The notes below the pieces were generated by a model. It did not search any database. It was not told the DNA's origin and worked only from the letters and a program-made list of their open reading frames with translations. Below, piece after piece: positions 10,363 through 18,901 of a stretch of 64,000 nucleotides of DNA. The stretch comes from Pseudonocardia sp. DSM 110487 (GTDB lineage Bacteria > Actinomycetota > Actinomycetes > Mycobacteriales > Pseudonocardiaceae), in contig NZ_CP080521.1 in the NCBI RefSeq assembly GCF_019468565.1, positions 9,651,214-9,715,213 of the forward strand. Direction: 5' to 3'. The position numbers and the translations under genes are program-made. Numbering within the stretch: the first letter of the stretch is position 1; each line of letters starts with the position of its first letter.

Positions 10363-10821
10363 TCAACGCGCTGCGCGAGACCGCGGGCGCTGCCGGACGG
10401 AGCGGACCACGTAGACCAGCGCGGAGAGCGCAACCATGGCTGCCACGAGGGCCAGCCACCGGCCCAGGTAGGGCTGCTGGTCGAGGCCGGTGGCCGCCAG
10501 GTGTGTCTCCTGCCCATGGCGGACGATTCCCGGCAGGAAGACGAGAAACGTCAGCCCGGCGCCGAGCAGGGGCACCCGCACGTGGTTGATCAGCGGCACC
10601 GGGAGGCGGGGCAGCCGTCCGAACGCCCGGTCGGCCAGCGCGTACAGCGGGAACAGCACGAGATCGTGCACCACGGCGGCGCCGACGAACCACGTCAGTA
10701 CCCGTAGGAGGGCCGGGTCACCGAGCAGGAACGACGCGGCGTACCCGGCGAGCGCGAGGCATGCCACCAGCGCCAGCAGGTGAGCGGGCGAGGCCCCGTA
10801 GCGGTCGGTGAAACGTCGCAT
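10363..10821 (-). CDS. small integral membrane protein (operon partner of the Moco oxidoreductase)
   Basis: Real start is ATG (MRRFTDRYG...) at 10821, preceded by GGGAGG. It overlaps the upstream stop as TGATG. Four hydrophobic helices. The longer ORF-track call is an artefact. Confidence 0.6.
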   Translation of the reverse strand: MRRFTDRYGASPAHLLALVACLALAGYAASFLLGDPALLRVLTWFVGAAVVHDLVLFPLYALADRAFGRLPRLPVPLINHVRVPLLGAGLTFLVFLPGIVRHGQETHLAATGLDQQPYLGRWLALVAAMVALSALVYVVRSVRQRPRSRAAR

Positions 10822-12029
10822 CACGCCTCCCGGAACTCGATGGAACGCACCCACTTCGTGCAGCGGACGCCGGGCAGCGCAGGCACGATGATCCGTGCCG
10901 GGAAGCCGTGGTCGAGGCTGAGGTCGGCGTCGTTGACCCGCAGCGCGAGCAGGGCGTCGGGATCGAGCACCTGGCCCGCCGTCAACGTCCCCTGTGCGAA
11001 CGGTCCCTCCTCCAGCGACGCGATGAACGCCGACGCGGGTTGCGGCACCCCCGCGAGCGCGGCGAGGTCGCGCAGCCGCACGCCGGTCCAGGTCTGCAGG
11101 GTCGACCAGCCCTCGACGCACGCGATCGGCAGCCGCGCCGTGTGCAGTGGGAGCGCGGCGAGCTCGGCACGGGAGAACGTCTGCGGGGACGGACCGGCCA
11201 GCGCAAGCCGCCAGTTCGCGGCGGGCACGACCCCGGCGGCCGCCGCGGTGCGGTTGACCGGAAACCCGTTCGGCCCCGCGTCCGGTACGCGGCCTCGGGG
11301 CAGCAGCAACGCCGTCGCGCGCGCCGGGCCGTCCAGCACCTGCCCGATCGTGAGCGCCGCGAGCAGTGCCGAGCCGCCGCCGACCATGGCAAGCGCGCCC
11401 CGCCTGCTCATCGTGGGCGGCGCCGGATCGGGCGCGACCAGGCCGGCCTCGTCCGGCGGCTCCGACACGGTGCCGGCGAGCGGCGTGGCGAGCTCCCGCC
11501 GCAGCGAGCGAGAGCGCAGCCCGCGCACCATCGCGCCCAGCTTCAGCGCCACGTGCGCGGCGAAGGCCGCGACGAAGACCCATGCCCCGAGGTAGTGACC
11601 GGTGTAGAAGCTGAACCCGAAGACGTAGTCGTACTGGATGTTGAGCAGCCCGGTGACGATCAGGAAGAGCGTGCTGCCGACCAGCAGCAGGAGCGACGCC
11701 CGCTCGAGCGCCTGCGCGGGCGAGCGGACCGGCGGCCACGCAAAGAGCTTCGGGATCACCGACCAGAGCTTGGCCAGCACCACCGGCACCAGCACGATCC
11801 CGAGCCCGACGTGTACGCCCTGCGTCAGCCGGAAGAGCCAGGACGGGCGCGTCGGCCAGTCGAACGGGGGCAGCTGCAGCAGGCCGACGTCGCCGGGCAG
11901 GCCCTGGCTGGGCCCATATGCGATCCGGTCGAGCAGTCCGGTGACGACGAGGACCGGCATCCCGGCGAGCAGCACGACGGCGAACACGGAGGTCAACCAC
12001 GGACCACGTAGCGGGCTCCGGAAGCGCAT
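10821..12029 (-). CDS. molybdopterin-dependent oxidoreductase (sulfite-oxidase/MsrP-YedY family) fused to an N-terminal heme-type membrane domain
   Basis: C-terminus DHGFPARIIVPALPGVRCTKWVRSIEF matches the Moco-binding sulfite-oxidase fold. The N-terminal 190 aa form 4 TM helices with conserved His (MsrQ/cyt-b-like). An internal TAT-like motif MSRRGALAMVGGGSALLAAL lies between the two parts. Confidence 0.75.
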   Translation of the reverse strand: MRFRSPLRGPWLTSVFAVVLLAGMPVLVVTGLLDRIAYGPSQGLPGDVGLLQLPPFDWPTRPSWLFRLTQGVHVGLGIVLVPVVLAKLWSVIPKLFAWPPVRSPAQALERASLLLLVGSTLFLIVTGLLNIQYDYVFGFSFYTGHYLGAWVFVAAFAAHVALKLGAMVRGLRSRSLRRELATPLAGTVSEPPDEAGLVAPDPAPPTMSRRGALAMVGGGSALLAALTIGQVLDGPARATALLLPRGRVPDAGPNGFPVNRTAAAAGVVPAANWRLALAGPSPQTFSRAELAALPLHTARLPIACVEGWSTLQTWTGVRLRDLAALAGVPQPASAFIASLEEGPFAQGTLTAGQVLDPDALLALRVNDADLSLDHGFPARIIVPALPGVRCTKWVRSIEFREA

Positions 12030-12132
12030 GGTGTGGAAGCTAGGTCGCTGGACCCGCCGTACTGCCCCGGAACGGGGATCGGTGAGCGACTCGTAAGGGT
12101 CGCGCGTCGCCGAGGATCCCTAGGCTCTGCTC

Positions 12133-12822
12133 ATGACGGCACGCGTGCTCGTGGTGGACGACGACGCGACGGTCCGCGACGTGGTGGGGCGCTACCTCGA
12201 CGAGGCCGGCTACCGGGTCGACCTCGCCGCCGACGGCCCCACCGGGCTGCGCGCCGCCCGGGAACGCTCCCCCGACGCCGTGGTGCTCGACCTGATGTTG
12301 CCCGGCATGAGCGGCCTGGACGTCTGCCGGGCGCTGCGGGCCGATGACGATCGCCTGCCGATCGTGATGCTCACGGCGCTCGGCGAGGAGGACGACCGCG
12401 TGCTCGGCCTCGAGCTCGGCGCGGACGACTACGTCACGAAGCCGTTCAGCGCCCGCGAGCTCGTGCTGCGCATCGGATCCGTGCTGCGCCGCTCCCGGCC
12501 ACCCGAGCCCGCAGCCGAGGTGCTGGTTGACGGTGCGCTGCGCGTCGACCCGGCCGCGCGGCGCGCCCACCTCGACGGCCGCGAGCTGGCGCTGACCACC
12601 CGCGAGTTCGATCTGCTCGCGTACCTGCTCGCCCATCCCGGCCGGGCCTACACCCGGGCCGAGCTGCTGGCCGAGGTGTGGGGCTGGGAGTTCGGCGACC
12701 AGTCCACGGTCACCGTGCACGTGCGGCGGCTGCGGGAGAAGATCGAGGCCGACCCGACCCGACCCAGGCGGATCGCGACGATCTGGGGCACCGGCTACCG
12801 CTACGACGCCGGCACTGTATGA
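12133..12822 (+). CDS. OmpR-family two-component response regulator
   Basis: Receiver domain (VLVVDDD...D...LDLMLPG...K) plus a winged-helix output domain (…IWGTGYRY). Confidence 0.9.
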   Translation: MTARVLVVDDDATVRDVVGRYLDEAGYRVDLAADGPTGLRAARERSPDAVVLDLMLPGMSGLDVCRALRADDDRLPIVMLTALGEEDDRVLGLELGADDYVTKPFSARELVLRIGSVLRRSRPPEPAAEVLVDGALRVDPAARRAHLDGRELALTTREFDLLAYLLAHPGRAYTRAELLAEVWGWEFGDQSTVTVHVRRLREKIEADPTRPRRIATIWGTGYRYDAGTV

Positions 12823-12846
12823 ACGGCTCGGAATGAACGGCTCGGA

Positions 12847-13881
12847 ATGAACGTCCTCGTCGAGCTCGCAAGGGCCGCCCCGATCGCGCTGCTGTCCGCG
12901 CTGCCGGTCGCGCTGGTCGGCGGGCTGGTCGTGCACCGGATGCGACGCCGGTCGATGACCGCCACGATGACCGCCCTCGTGCTGGTGCCGCTCTTCGCCG
13001 CCCTCTTCGGCGTGGTGGCCACCAGCGGGTTCATGTACACACCGCAGCTGGTGGGCACTGTCGCGGTGGTCGTCGTGGTCGCGGCGGTCACCGTGCCGGC
13101 CGGCATGCTGCTCGGCCGCAGCGTGGCCCGCGAGACGCTGTGGCAGCGCGAGGCCCGCGAGGCGGAGCGGCAGGCCGAGGCGGCGCGGCGCGAGCTCGTG
13201 GCGGGCATCGGTCACGATCTGCGCTCGCCGCTCGCCGGCATCCGCGGCATGACCGACGCGCTGCTCGACGGCGTGGTGCGCCGGCCCGCGGAGGTGGAGG
13301 AGTACCTGCAGCGGATCCGGCGGGAGACCGTGCGGATGGCCGGGATGGTCGAGGACCTGTTCCAGCTGTCCCGAGCCACCTCGGCGGCGCTGCGGCTGCC
13401 GGCCGAGCGGCTCGCGCTCGGCGAGGTCGCCTCGGATGCGGTGGCCGCGGAGGCGGCAGCGGCGTCGGCGGCCGGCGTCGCCGTCACCGCTGCCGACCCG
13501 GCGTGCTGGCCGACAGTGCTCGGCAGCGACGCCGACCTCGTACGAGTGCTGCGCAACCTGCTGTCGAACGCGATCCGGCACACGCCGGCCGGTGGGACGG
13601 TGCTCCTTTCGGCCGGCAGCCGGCGCGGCGAGGCGTGGCTCGCCGTGCTGGACGGCTGCGGCGGCATCCCCGAGGCCGACCTCGGCCGCGTCTTCGACCC
13701 GGGGTACCGGGGCACCGACGCGCGCACCCCCTACGAGACCTCCGGCGCCGGCCTCGGCCTCGCCATCGCGAAGGCGCTGGTGGAGGCGCAGCAAGGAAGG
13801 ATCACCGTGCGGAACGAGCCGCCCGGCTGCCGGTTCGAGATCACCCTGCCGGCTGTGGACGTGCCGGCGCGGATCCCGTAG
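12847..13881 (+). CDS. sensor histidine kinase
   Basis: Two N-terminal TM segments, H-box GIGHDLRSPLAGIRG, and N/G boxes (LLSNAIRHT, GAGLGLAIAKALVE). Confidence 0.85.
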   Translation: MNVLVELARAAPIALLSALPVALVGGLVVHRMRRRSMTATMTALVLVPLFAALFGVVATSGFMYTPQLVGTVAVVVVVAAVTVPAGMLLGRSVARETLWQREAREAERQAEAARRELVAGIGHDLRSPLAGIRGMTDALLDGVVRRPAEVEEYLQRIRRETVRMAGMVEDLFQLSRATSAALRLPAERLALGEVASDAVAAEAAAASAAGVAVTAADPACWPTVLGSDADLVRVLRNLLSNAIRHTPAGGTVLLSAGSRRGEAWLAVLDGCGGIPEADLGRVFDPGYRGTDARTPYETSGAGLGLAIAKALVEAQQGRITVRNEPPGCRFEITLPAVDVPARIP

Positions 13882-13924
13882 CGCGCCCAGCCCACGCACG
13901 CCGTCCCGCAGGTCGGTACGCGCC

Positions 13925-14581
13925 CTACTCGACCACCGGCAGGGATGCGACGCGCCGGCCGACACGGGGCGCGTCGGCCAGGCGCAGCTCGCTGAAGCAA
14001 CGCGGCCCGGTATAGGTGGCGGTCACCGCGAGCCCGGCGGCCCCGGCGATCTCCCACAGCGCGTCGGCGCCCACCACGGCCCACGGCAGCGGCGGGCCCG
14101 CGCCTTCCGGTGTGTGGACCCGCGCCATCCCCGACCAGCAGGCGGCCGGGTTCGGGTCGGTCTCGACGAGCACGGTGCCACCCGGTCGCAGGAGGGCTCC
14201 GGCGCGGCGCAGCAACCGGAACGGATCGCCGCCGATGCCGATGTTGCCGTCGGCCAGCAGCACGTGGTCCCAGCGGCCGGGGAGCGCGGCGAACAGATCC
14301 CGCTGCAGAACGGCCGCACCGCGGGCGCGGCACCGCGCGACGGCGGCCGCCGACACGTCCACCCCCAGCGCGGGGATGCCACGACGGGTGAGCGCGACCA
14401 CCAGCCGGCCGGGCCCGCACCCGAGGTCGACGACGGGACCCGAACATCGGTCGAGGAGCCAGCGGTCGCCGCCCGCGGCGTCGGCGTGCCACCGCCGCAC
14501 GGCGAGCACGACCTCACCGCCGTCGCTGCGCAACATCCGTGCGGGCGCGCCGCGCAGCGCGGCATCGAAGGCGGCGGTCAC
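13925..14581 (-). CDS. class I SAM-dependent methyltransferase
   Basis: GCGPGR SAM-binding motif. GTG start overlaps the DUF2064 stop (GTGA). The ORF-track 530-aa call is a frame artefact. Confidence 0.7.
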   Translation of the reverse strand: MTAAFDAALRGAPARMLRSDGGEVVLAVRRWHADAAGGDRWLLDRCSGPVVDLGCGPGRLVVALTRRGIPALGVDVSAAAVARCRARGAAVLQRDLFAALPGRWDHVLLADGNIGIGGDPFRLLRRAGALLRPGGTVLVETDPNPAACWSGMARVHTPEGAGPPLPWAVVGADALWEIAGAAGLAVTATYTGPRCFSELRLADAPRVGRRVASLPVVE

Positions 14582-15258
14582 GATGCGGCCACGAACGCCG
14601 GGCAGCGGGCCAGCGCGGCGGCGAACCTCCCAGCGGGCGCGGCATCGGCCACGGCGAGGGCGTCGGCCGCCGTGTCGACGTCGGTCAGCTCCGGGAGCAG
14701 GTCCACGCGCAGCCCGCCGTCCCTCAGCGCCCGCAGGGTGCGCTCGCCGGTGTCGTCGCGCGACGTCGGCACGCCCGCGATGAGCCGTGCCGAGCGCGGA
14801 TCGCGCAATCCCATGGCCCACCACCCGCCGTCGGTGGCCGGACCGAGTACGCCGTCCGTGCTCGCTGAGCACAGCCGGTCGAGGCACGCCGCGAGCAGCA
14901 CCGTGGAAGCCTGCGGGGTGTCCATGCCCACCAGCAGCGTCGGGCGTGCGGGGAACAGCGCCGCCGTGTCGACGTGGGCGGCGGCGATCCGCTCGCCGAG
15001 GCCGTCGCCACGTTGGGGCACGACCCGGCAGTCCCGGAGCGCGGCCATGAGCTCCGCCGATCGTGCCGCCCCCGCCAGCCGCCCAGTCAGCGCGACAACG
15101 GGCTCGGCACCGGGCACACCGGCCACCGCATCGACGGTGTCCAGCAGCGCGGCGGCGGCCAGCTCGGCGGCCTCTTCCGGCGTCGCGGGCGGGCACAGCC
15201 GCGTCTTGACCCGGCCCGGCTCCGGGGCCTTGGCCAGCACGATCACGACGGCCCGCAT
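14578..15258 (-). CDS. DUF2064 / CofC-like nucleotidyltransferase-fold protein (TIGR04282-type 'transferase 1')
   Basis: MRAVVIVLAKAPEPGRVKTRL... N-terminus is diagnostic of the family. ATG overlaps the GT2 stop (TGATG). Confidence 0.8.
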   Translation of the reverse strand: MRAVVIVLAKAPEPGRVKTRLCPPATPEEAAELAAAALLDTVDAVAGVPGAEPVVALTGRLAGAARSAELMAALRDCRVVPQRGDGLGERIAAAHVDTAALFPARPTLLVGMDTPQASTVLLAACLDRLCSASTDGVLGPATDGGWWAMGLRDPRSARLIAGVPTSRDDTGERTLRALRDGGLRVDLLPELTDVDTAADALAVADAAPAGRFAAALARCPAFVAAS

Positions 15259-15923
15259 CACGAGATCCCGGACGCGGCGAGCAGCCGGCCCATGTCGCGC
15301 GCCGCGCGCACCGTGCCCCGCACGGACCCCGACACCTTGGACCGCCCGCCGGCGCGCGGCCGGTACGCGACCTCCACCTCGTGCAGCCGCCAGCCGGCGG
15401 CCCCGGCCCGGAGCAGGAGCTCCAGCGGGTAGCCGAAACCGCGGTCCGCGACCCCGAGGTCGAGCAGGGCCCGCCTGCGGCCGACCCGGATCGGCGCGAT
15501 GTCGTGCACCGGCACACCGCGGCTGCGCAGCAACGCCGCGATCACGGCGTTCCCCGCCCGCGCGTGCCACGGCCACGCACCCGGCCGCGGCACGCGCCGC
15601 CCGACGGCGAGCTCGGCACCGCCCGCGCGCACCACGTCGGCCATCGGGCCCAGCACCGCGGGGTCGAGCGAGCCGTCCCCGTCGAGCACGGCGACGAGCT
15701 CCTCGCGTGCCGCCAGCAGTCCCGCGTGGACGGCGGCCCCGTAGCCCCGACGGGGCTCGACGACGACCCGCGCGCCGTGCGCGGCCGCGACGGCGGCGGT
15801 GCCATCGGTGGACCCGTTGTCGACGACGAGCACCGGACAGCCCGAAGGCAGCTCGGCCAGCACCGCGGGCAGGGCATCCGCCTCGTCGAGGCAGGGAAGG
15901 ACGATCTCCACGCCTGCGATCAT
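15258..15923 (-). CDS. family-2 glycosyltransferase (TIGR04283-type 'transferase 2')
   Basis: VEIVLPCLDEA...VVDNGSTDGT...DGDGS GT-A fold motifs; 221 aa. Confidence 0.8.
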   Translation of the reverse strand: MIAGVEIVLPCLDEADALPAVLAELPSGCPVLVVDNGSTDGTAAVAAAHGARVVVEPRRGYGAAVHAGLLAAREELVAVLDGDGSLDPAVLGPMADVVRAGGAELAVGRRVPRPGAWPWHARAGNAVIAALLRSRGVPVHDIAPIRVGRRRALLDLGVADRGFGYPLELLLRAGAAGWRLHEVEVAYRPRAGGRSKVSGSVRGTVRAARDMGRLLAASGIS

Positions 15924-15987
15924 CGACCGAAATCCGCACGTCGGACCCCGAATCGCTGCTTACCGAACGGTGACGGCTAGTCCGGCA

Positions 15988-17022
15988 CTATGCGCGCAGC
16001 GGGTCGGTGGCGAAGGCCGCGACGCCCCCGGCGAACGTGACTGCGGCGGTGAAACCCAGCCGGGCCATGGCCCTGGCCGGATCGGCGACCACGTGCCGCA
16101 CGTCCCCGGGCCGCGCCCCGCCGACCACCACCGGCGCCGGGCCACCCATCACGCGGGCCAGCTCTCCGGCCAGCTCGCCGACGGTGTGCGGCTCGCCGGA
16201 GCAGACGTTCACCGCCTCGAAGCCGTCCGCATCGTCGGTCAGCGCAAGCGCGTTGGCGGCGGCGACGTCGGTGACGTGCACGAAGTCGCGGCGCTGGCGG
16301 CCGTCCTCGAGCACCCGCGGCGCCTCGCCCCGCTCCAGGGCGGAGCGGAAGATCGACGCGACGCCCGCGTACGGGGTGTCGCGGGGCATCCGCGGGCCGT
16401 AGACGTTGTGATAGCGCAGCGACCACACCCGACCGCCGCACTGCTGCGCCCATGCGCTCGCCAGGTGCTCCTGAGCGAGCTTCGTGGCGGCATACGTGCT
16501 GCGCGGGTCCGGTGGCGCGTCCTCGCCGACGAGCCCCGCCTGAAGCTCCCGCCCACAGCTCGGGCAGCGCGGCTCGAACCGTCCGGCGTCGATGTCGGCC
16601 GCCGTCCGCGGCAGCGGCCGGACGATCCCGTGCTCCGCGCAGTCGTAGCGCCCCTCGCCGTACACCACCATCGACCCGGCCAGCACCAGCCTGCGCACGC
16701 CGGCCCCGTACATCGCGGCGAGCAGCACCGCGGTGGCGAGATCGTTGTGGGCGGCGTACGCAGGCGCGTCGGACGGGTCCACCCCGTGGCCGACCATCGC
16801 GGCCTGGTGGCACACCGCGTCCACCCCCGGCAGCAGCCGGGCCAGCAGGTCCCCGTCGCGCACGTCACCGACGACGTGCTCGTGCCGAGGTGCCCAGCCC
16901 CCGGCCCCGTGCGCCTGGGGCAGCAGCGCGTCGAGCAGCAGGACGTCGTGGCCGTCGGCGGCGAGCCGGTCGGCGACGTGGGACCCGACGAACCCGGCAC
17001 CCCCGGTGATCAACACTCGCAT
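15988..17022 (-). CDS. NAD-dependent epimerase/dehydratase family protein
   Basis: MRVLITGGAGFVGSH Rossmann start and YxxxK. Contains an inserted CPSCGRE zinc-ribbon-like segment. Confidence 0.85.
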   Translation of the reverse strand: MRVLITGGAGFVGSHVADRLAADGHDVLLLDALLPQAHGAGGWAPRHEHVVGDVRDGDLLARLLPGVDAVCHQAAMVGHGVDPSDAPAYAAHNDLATAVLLAAMYGAGVRRLVLAGSMVVYGEGRYDCAEHGIVRPLPRTAADIDAGRFEPRCPSCGRELQAGLVGEDAPPDPRSTYAATKLAQEHLASAWAQQCGGRVWSLRYHNVYGPRMPRDTPYAGVASIFRSALERGEAPRVLEDGRQRRDFVHVTDVAAANALALTDDADGFEAVNVCSGEPHTVGELAGELARVMGGPAPVVVGGARPGDVRHVVADPARAMARLGFTAAVTFAGGVAAFATDPLRA

Positions 17023-17097
17023 CGGCCGAGGTTAGGTGCGACGGCTCCGGCCGGCGGTCACCCGTTCGCAACTCGTCACATCTGCGCCCGCCGACAC

Positions 17098-17236
17098 CCG
17101 GTGGTCGAGCAGCGGAGGCGCCCTGGCGCCGGAGCGTGTCGAGACCACCCCCTGCTGCGGTGCGCAGAGCCCGCGGTGGGTTGGTGGTGGTCTCGATACG
17201 GGGCGGCCCTGGGGGCCGCCCCTACTCGACCACCGG
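17098..17236. repeat. structured GC-rich inverted-repeat element between the hypothetical gene and the epimerase operon
   Basis: Nested stems: CCGGTGGTCGAG (17098-17109) pairs with CTCGACCACCGG (17225-17236); CGAGACCACC (17140-17149) pairs with GGTGGTCTCG (17186-17195); GGGCGGCCC-tgg-GGGCCGCCC (17201-17221). The 18-mer CCCTACTCGACCACCGGC recurs at 13923-13940. Confidence 0.5.
17201..17221 (-). terminator. GC hairpin downstream of the 17242..18018 gene
   Basis: Perfect 9-bp stem GGGCGGCCC/GGGCCGCCC with a 3-nt loop, 20 nt after the stop. Confidence 0.4.
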
Positions 17237-17241
17237 CGGTC

Positions 17242-18018
17242 TCAGTCGTTCTCATCCAGGCCCGGGACCCGGAGCTCCGGGGTGGGTTGCGGGGTGGCGG
17301 TGCCACTGCCGCGCTCCCGGGTCGATTCGGCGCGCGAGCCCGGCTCGCTCGTCGGCGCGGATTCGGTGCTGGACGTCGACTCGCGCGTCGACTCCGGCTC
17401 CGTGGTCGGCTCCGCGCTCGCCGTGGGCGTCTCCGACGTCGTCTCGGTCCGCTCCCGGTCCTCGTCGCCGCCGGCGGACGGCGTCAGCACCCGGCCGACC
17501 GATGTGCCCGGCGTCCCGGTGGTGAGGGAGGAACCCTTCGCCCACTCCAGCCCGGTGACCACCAACAGACCGATCACGAAGACCAGTACCGTCGCGCCGG
17601 CCCAGAGCCAAATCCGACGCGGCCGCCGCAGGACGGGCTCGACACGCAGCTGTGTGGTCGCGGCGTCGGACGAGGCGCGCGGCTGCGGCACCGTCAGCTG
17701 GACGGTCGGCGCGTCGGAGATGCCGGTCTGGCGTCCGCCGCCCAGCCGGACGCGGGCGACGATGTGGTCGCGGGTGCGGTCGAGCGAGCGCTGGTAGAGC
17801 GTCGTTGCCACGGTGCTCGCCACCGAGCCGAACGCCGCTCCTGCCACCGTTCCGGTGGCGCCGAAGTACGACCCGAGCACGGCGCTGGTGACCGCCGCAC
17901 CGGCACCGGCCAGCACCTTGTTGATGCTGAGCTCCGCCGCCTTCGCGGGCGCTGCCTGCACCGGCTCGGTGCTCGTGGGGTCGGCAGCGGGTCGTGGGGC
18001 GGTGGGCTGCTGAGGCAT
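17242..18018 (-). CDS. hypothetical membrane-anchored protein with acidic Thr/Ser/Glu-rich C-terminal tail
   Basis: ATG at 18018 preceded by GGGAG. Gly/Ala-rich region, one TM helix (IWLWAGATVLVFVIGLLVV), then a low-complexity acidic tail. Confidence 0.5.
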   Translation of the reverse strand: MPQQPTAPRPAADPTSTEPVQAAPAKAAELSINKVLAGAGAAVTSAVLGSYFGATGTVAGAAFGSVASTVATTLYQRSLDRTRDHIVARVRLGGGRQTGISDAPTVQLTVPQPRASSDAATTQLRVEPVLRRPRRIWLWAGATVLVFVIGLLVVTGLEWAKGSSLTTGTPGTSVGRVLTPSAGGDEDRERTETTSETPTASAEPTTEPESTRESTSSTESAPTSEPGSRAESTRERGSGTATPQPTPELRVPGLDEND

Positions 18019-18089
18019 GGCTCCCTGGGGTTCGGTTCGACGATCTACGTTGGGTGCAACGTCCCGCCGGCCCGCATCGTTCAAAACGA

Positions 18090-18770
18090 TCACTCCTCGT
18101 GAGCAGATTCACGCTCCACGACAGGATGCCGCAGTCCGCCGTGCCCCGGCGGCAGGGCCGAACGGAGCACCGGCCACGACAGCGCGACGCACAGCGCCAC
18201 CAGCGGCCAGGTGAGCACCGTGCGGGCGATGCCGAGCGCGACCACGGCGTCGGCCGCGTACAGGGGGAGGAACACCGCGAGCCGCACGGCGTACTGCCCG
18301 ACCCACACCCAGCTGGCGCGCTGGTAGCCGCGCAGGAGGTCGGGGTCGTGGCGCCAGCGCGTGCGCTGGCCGAGCGCGGTGCCGACGACCAGCCCGAGCA
18401 GCGGCCAGCGCACCACGATCGACACGGCCCACGCGAGCGCGCTCGCCGCGTTGCTCACGATCTGGACGAGGAAGAAGTCGACGGCGCGGCCGGTGTACAG
18501 GGCGATCAGCGCGGCCACGGCGACGCCGAGCAGGCCGAACAGCACGGCGCGTGGCCGCTCGCCGCGCACCAATCGGACCACCGCGACGAGCGCGCCGACC
18601 AGCACGGCCGCGCCGCCCGCCCATGCGACCGGGGAAGCCCAGCCCGACGCGTCGGCGATCGTGAACGCCGCCACGAACACGATCGGGGGAACGGTGGCGT
18701 CGACGGCGCCGCTGCGCCCGCCGAGGACCTCCGCGAGGCCCGGCTCGGCAGCGTCCTTCCGACTTCCCAT
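18090..18770 (-). CDS. DUF3159-like integral membrane protein
   Basis: 226 aa, 5-6 hydrophobic helices, good codon bias. Confidence 0.6.
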   Translation of the reverse strand: MGSRKDAAEPGLAEVLGGRSGAVDATVPPIVFVAAFTIADASGWASPVAWAGGAAVLVGALVAVVRLVRGERPRAVLFGLLGVAVAALIALYTGRAVDFFLVQIVSNAASALAWAVSIVVRWPLLGLVVGTALGQRTRWRHDPDLLRGYQRASWVWVGQYAVRLAVFLPLYAADAVVALGIARTVLTWPLVALCVALSWPVLRSALPPGHGGLRHPVVERESAHEE

Positions 18771-18901
18771 GAGCTAAGGGTGCCCTACGTCCACGAATGG
18801 ATCACCCCCACTGGCGTGTATCCCCGGTGCTGGGTGATATTGGAGAATGCTTTGGCCGTCGACGAGATGACGGGATCATGAACGAAAGGGGGCGGTGGCC
18901 G

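Noticed and set aside
8690-10414. 574-aa plus-strand ORF (Arg-rich) overlapping the membrane-protein gene in another frame
   Set aside because: Composition is Arg/Gly junk. The overlapping 9012..10334 frame encodes a coherent polytopic membrane protein.
12040-13965. 641-aa minus-strand ORF covering the response-regulator and histidine-kinase genes
   Set aside because: Antisense to two well-supported genes; low-complexity translation.
15799-18102. 767-aa plus-strand ORF across the epimerase/GT2 region
   Set aside because: Antisense to four genes with clear motifs; no domains.
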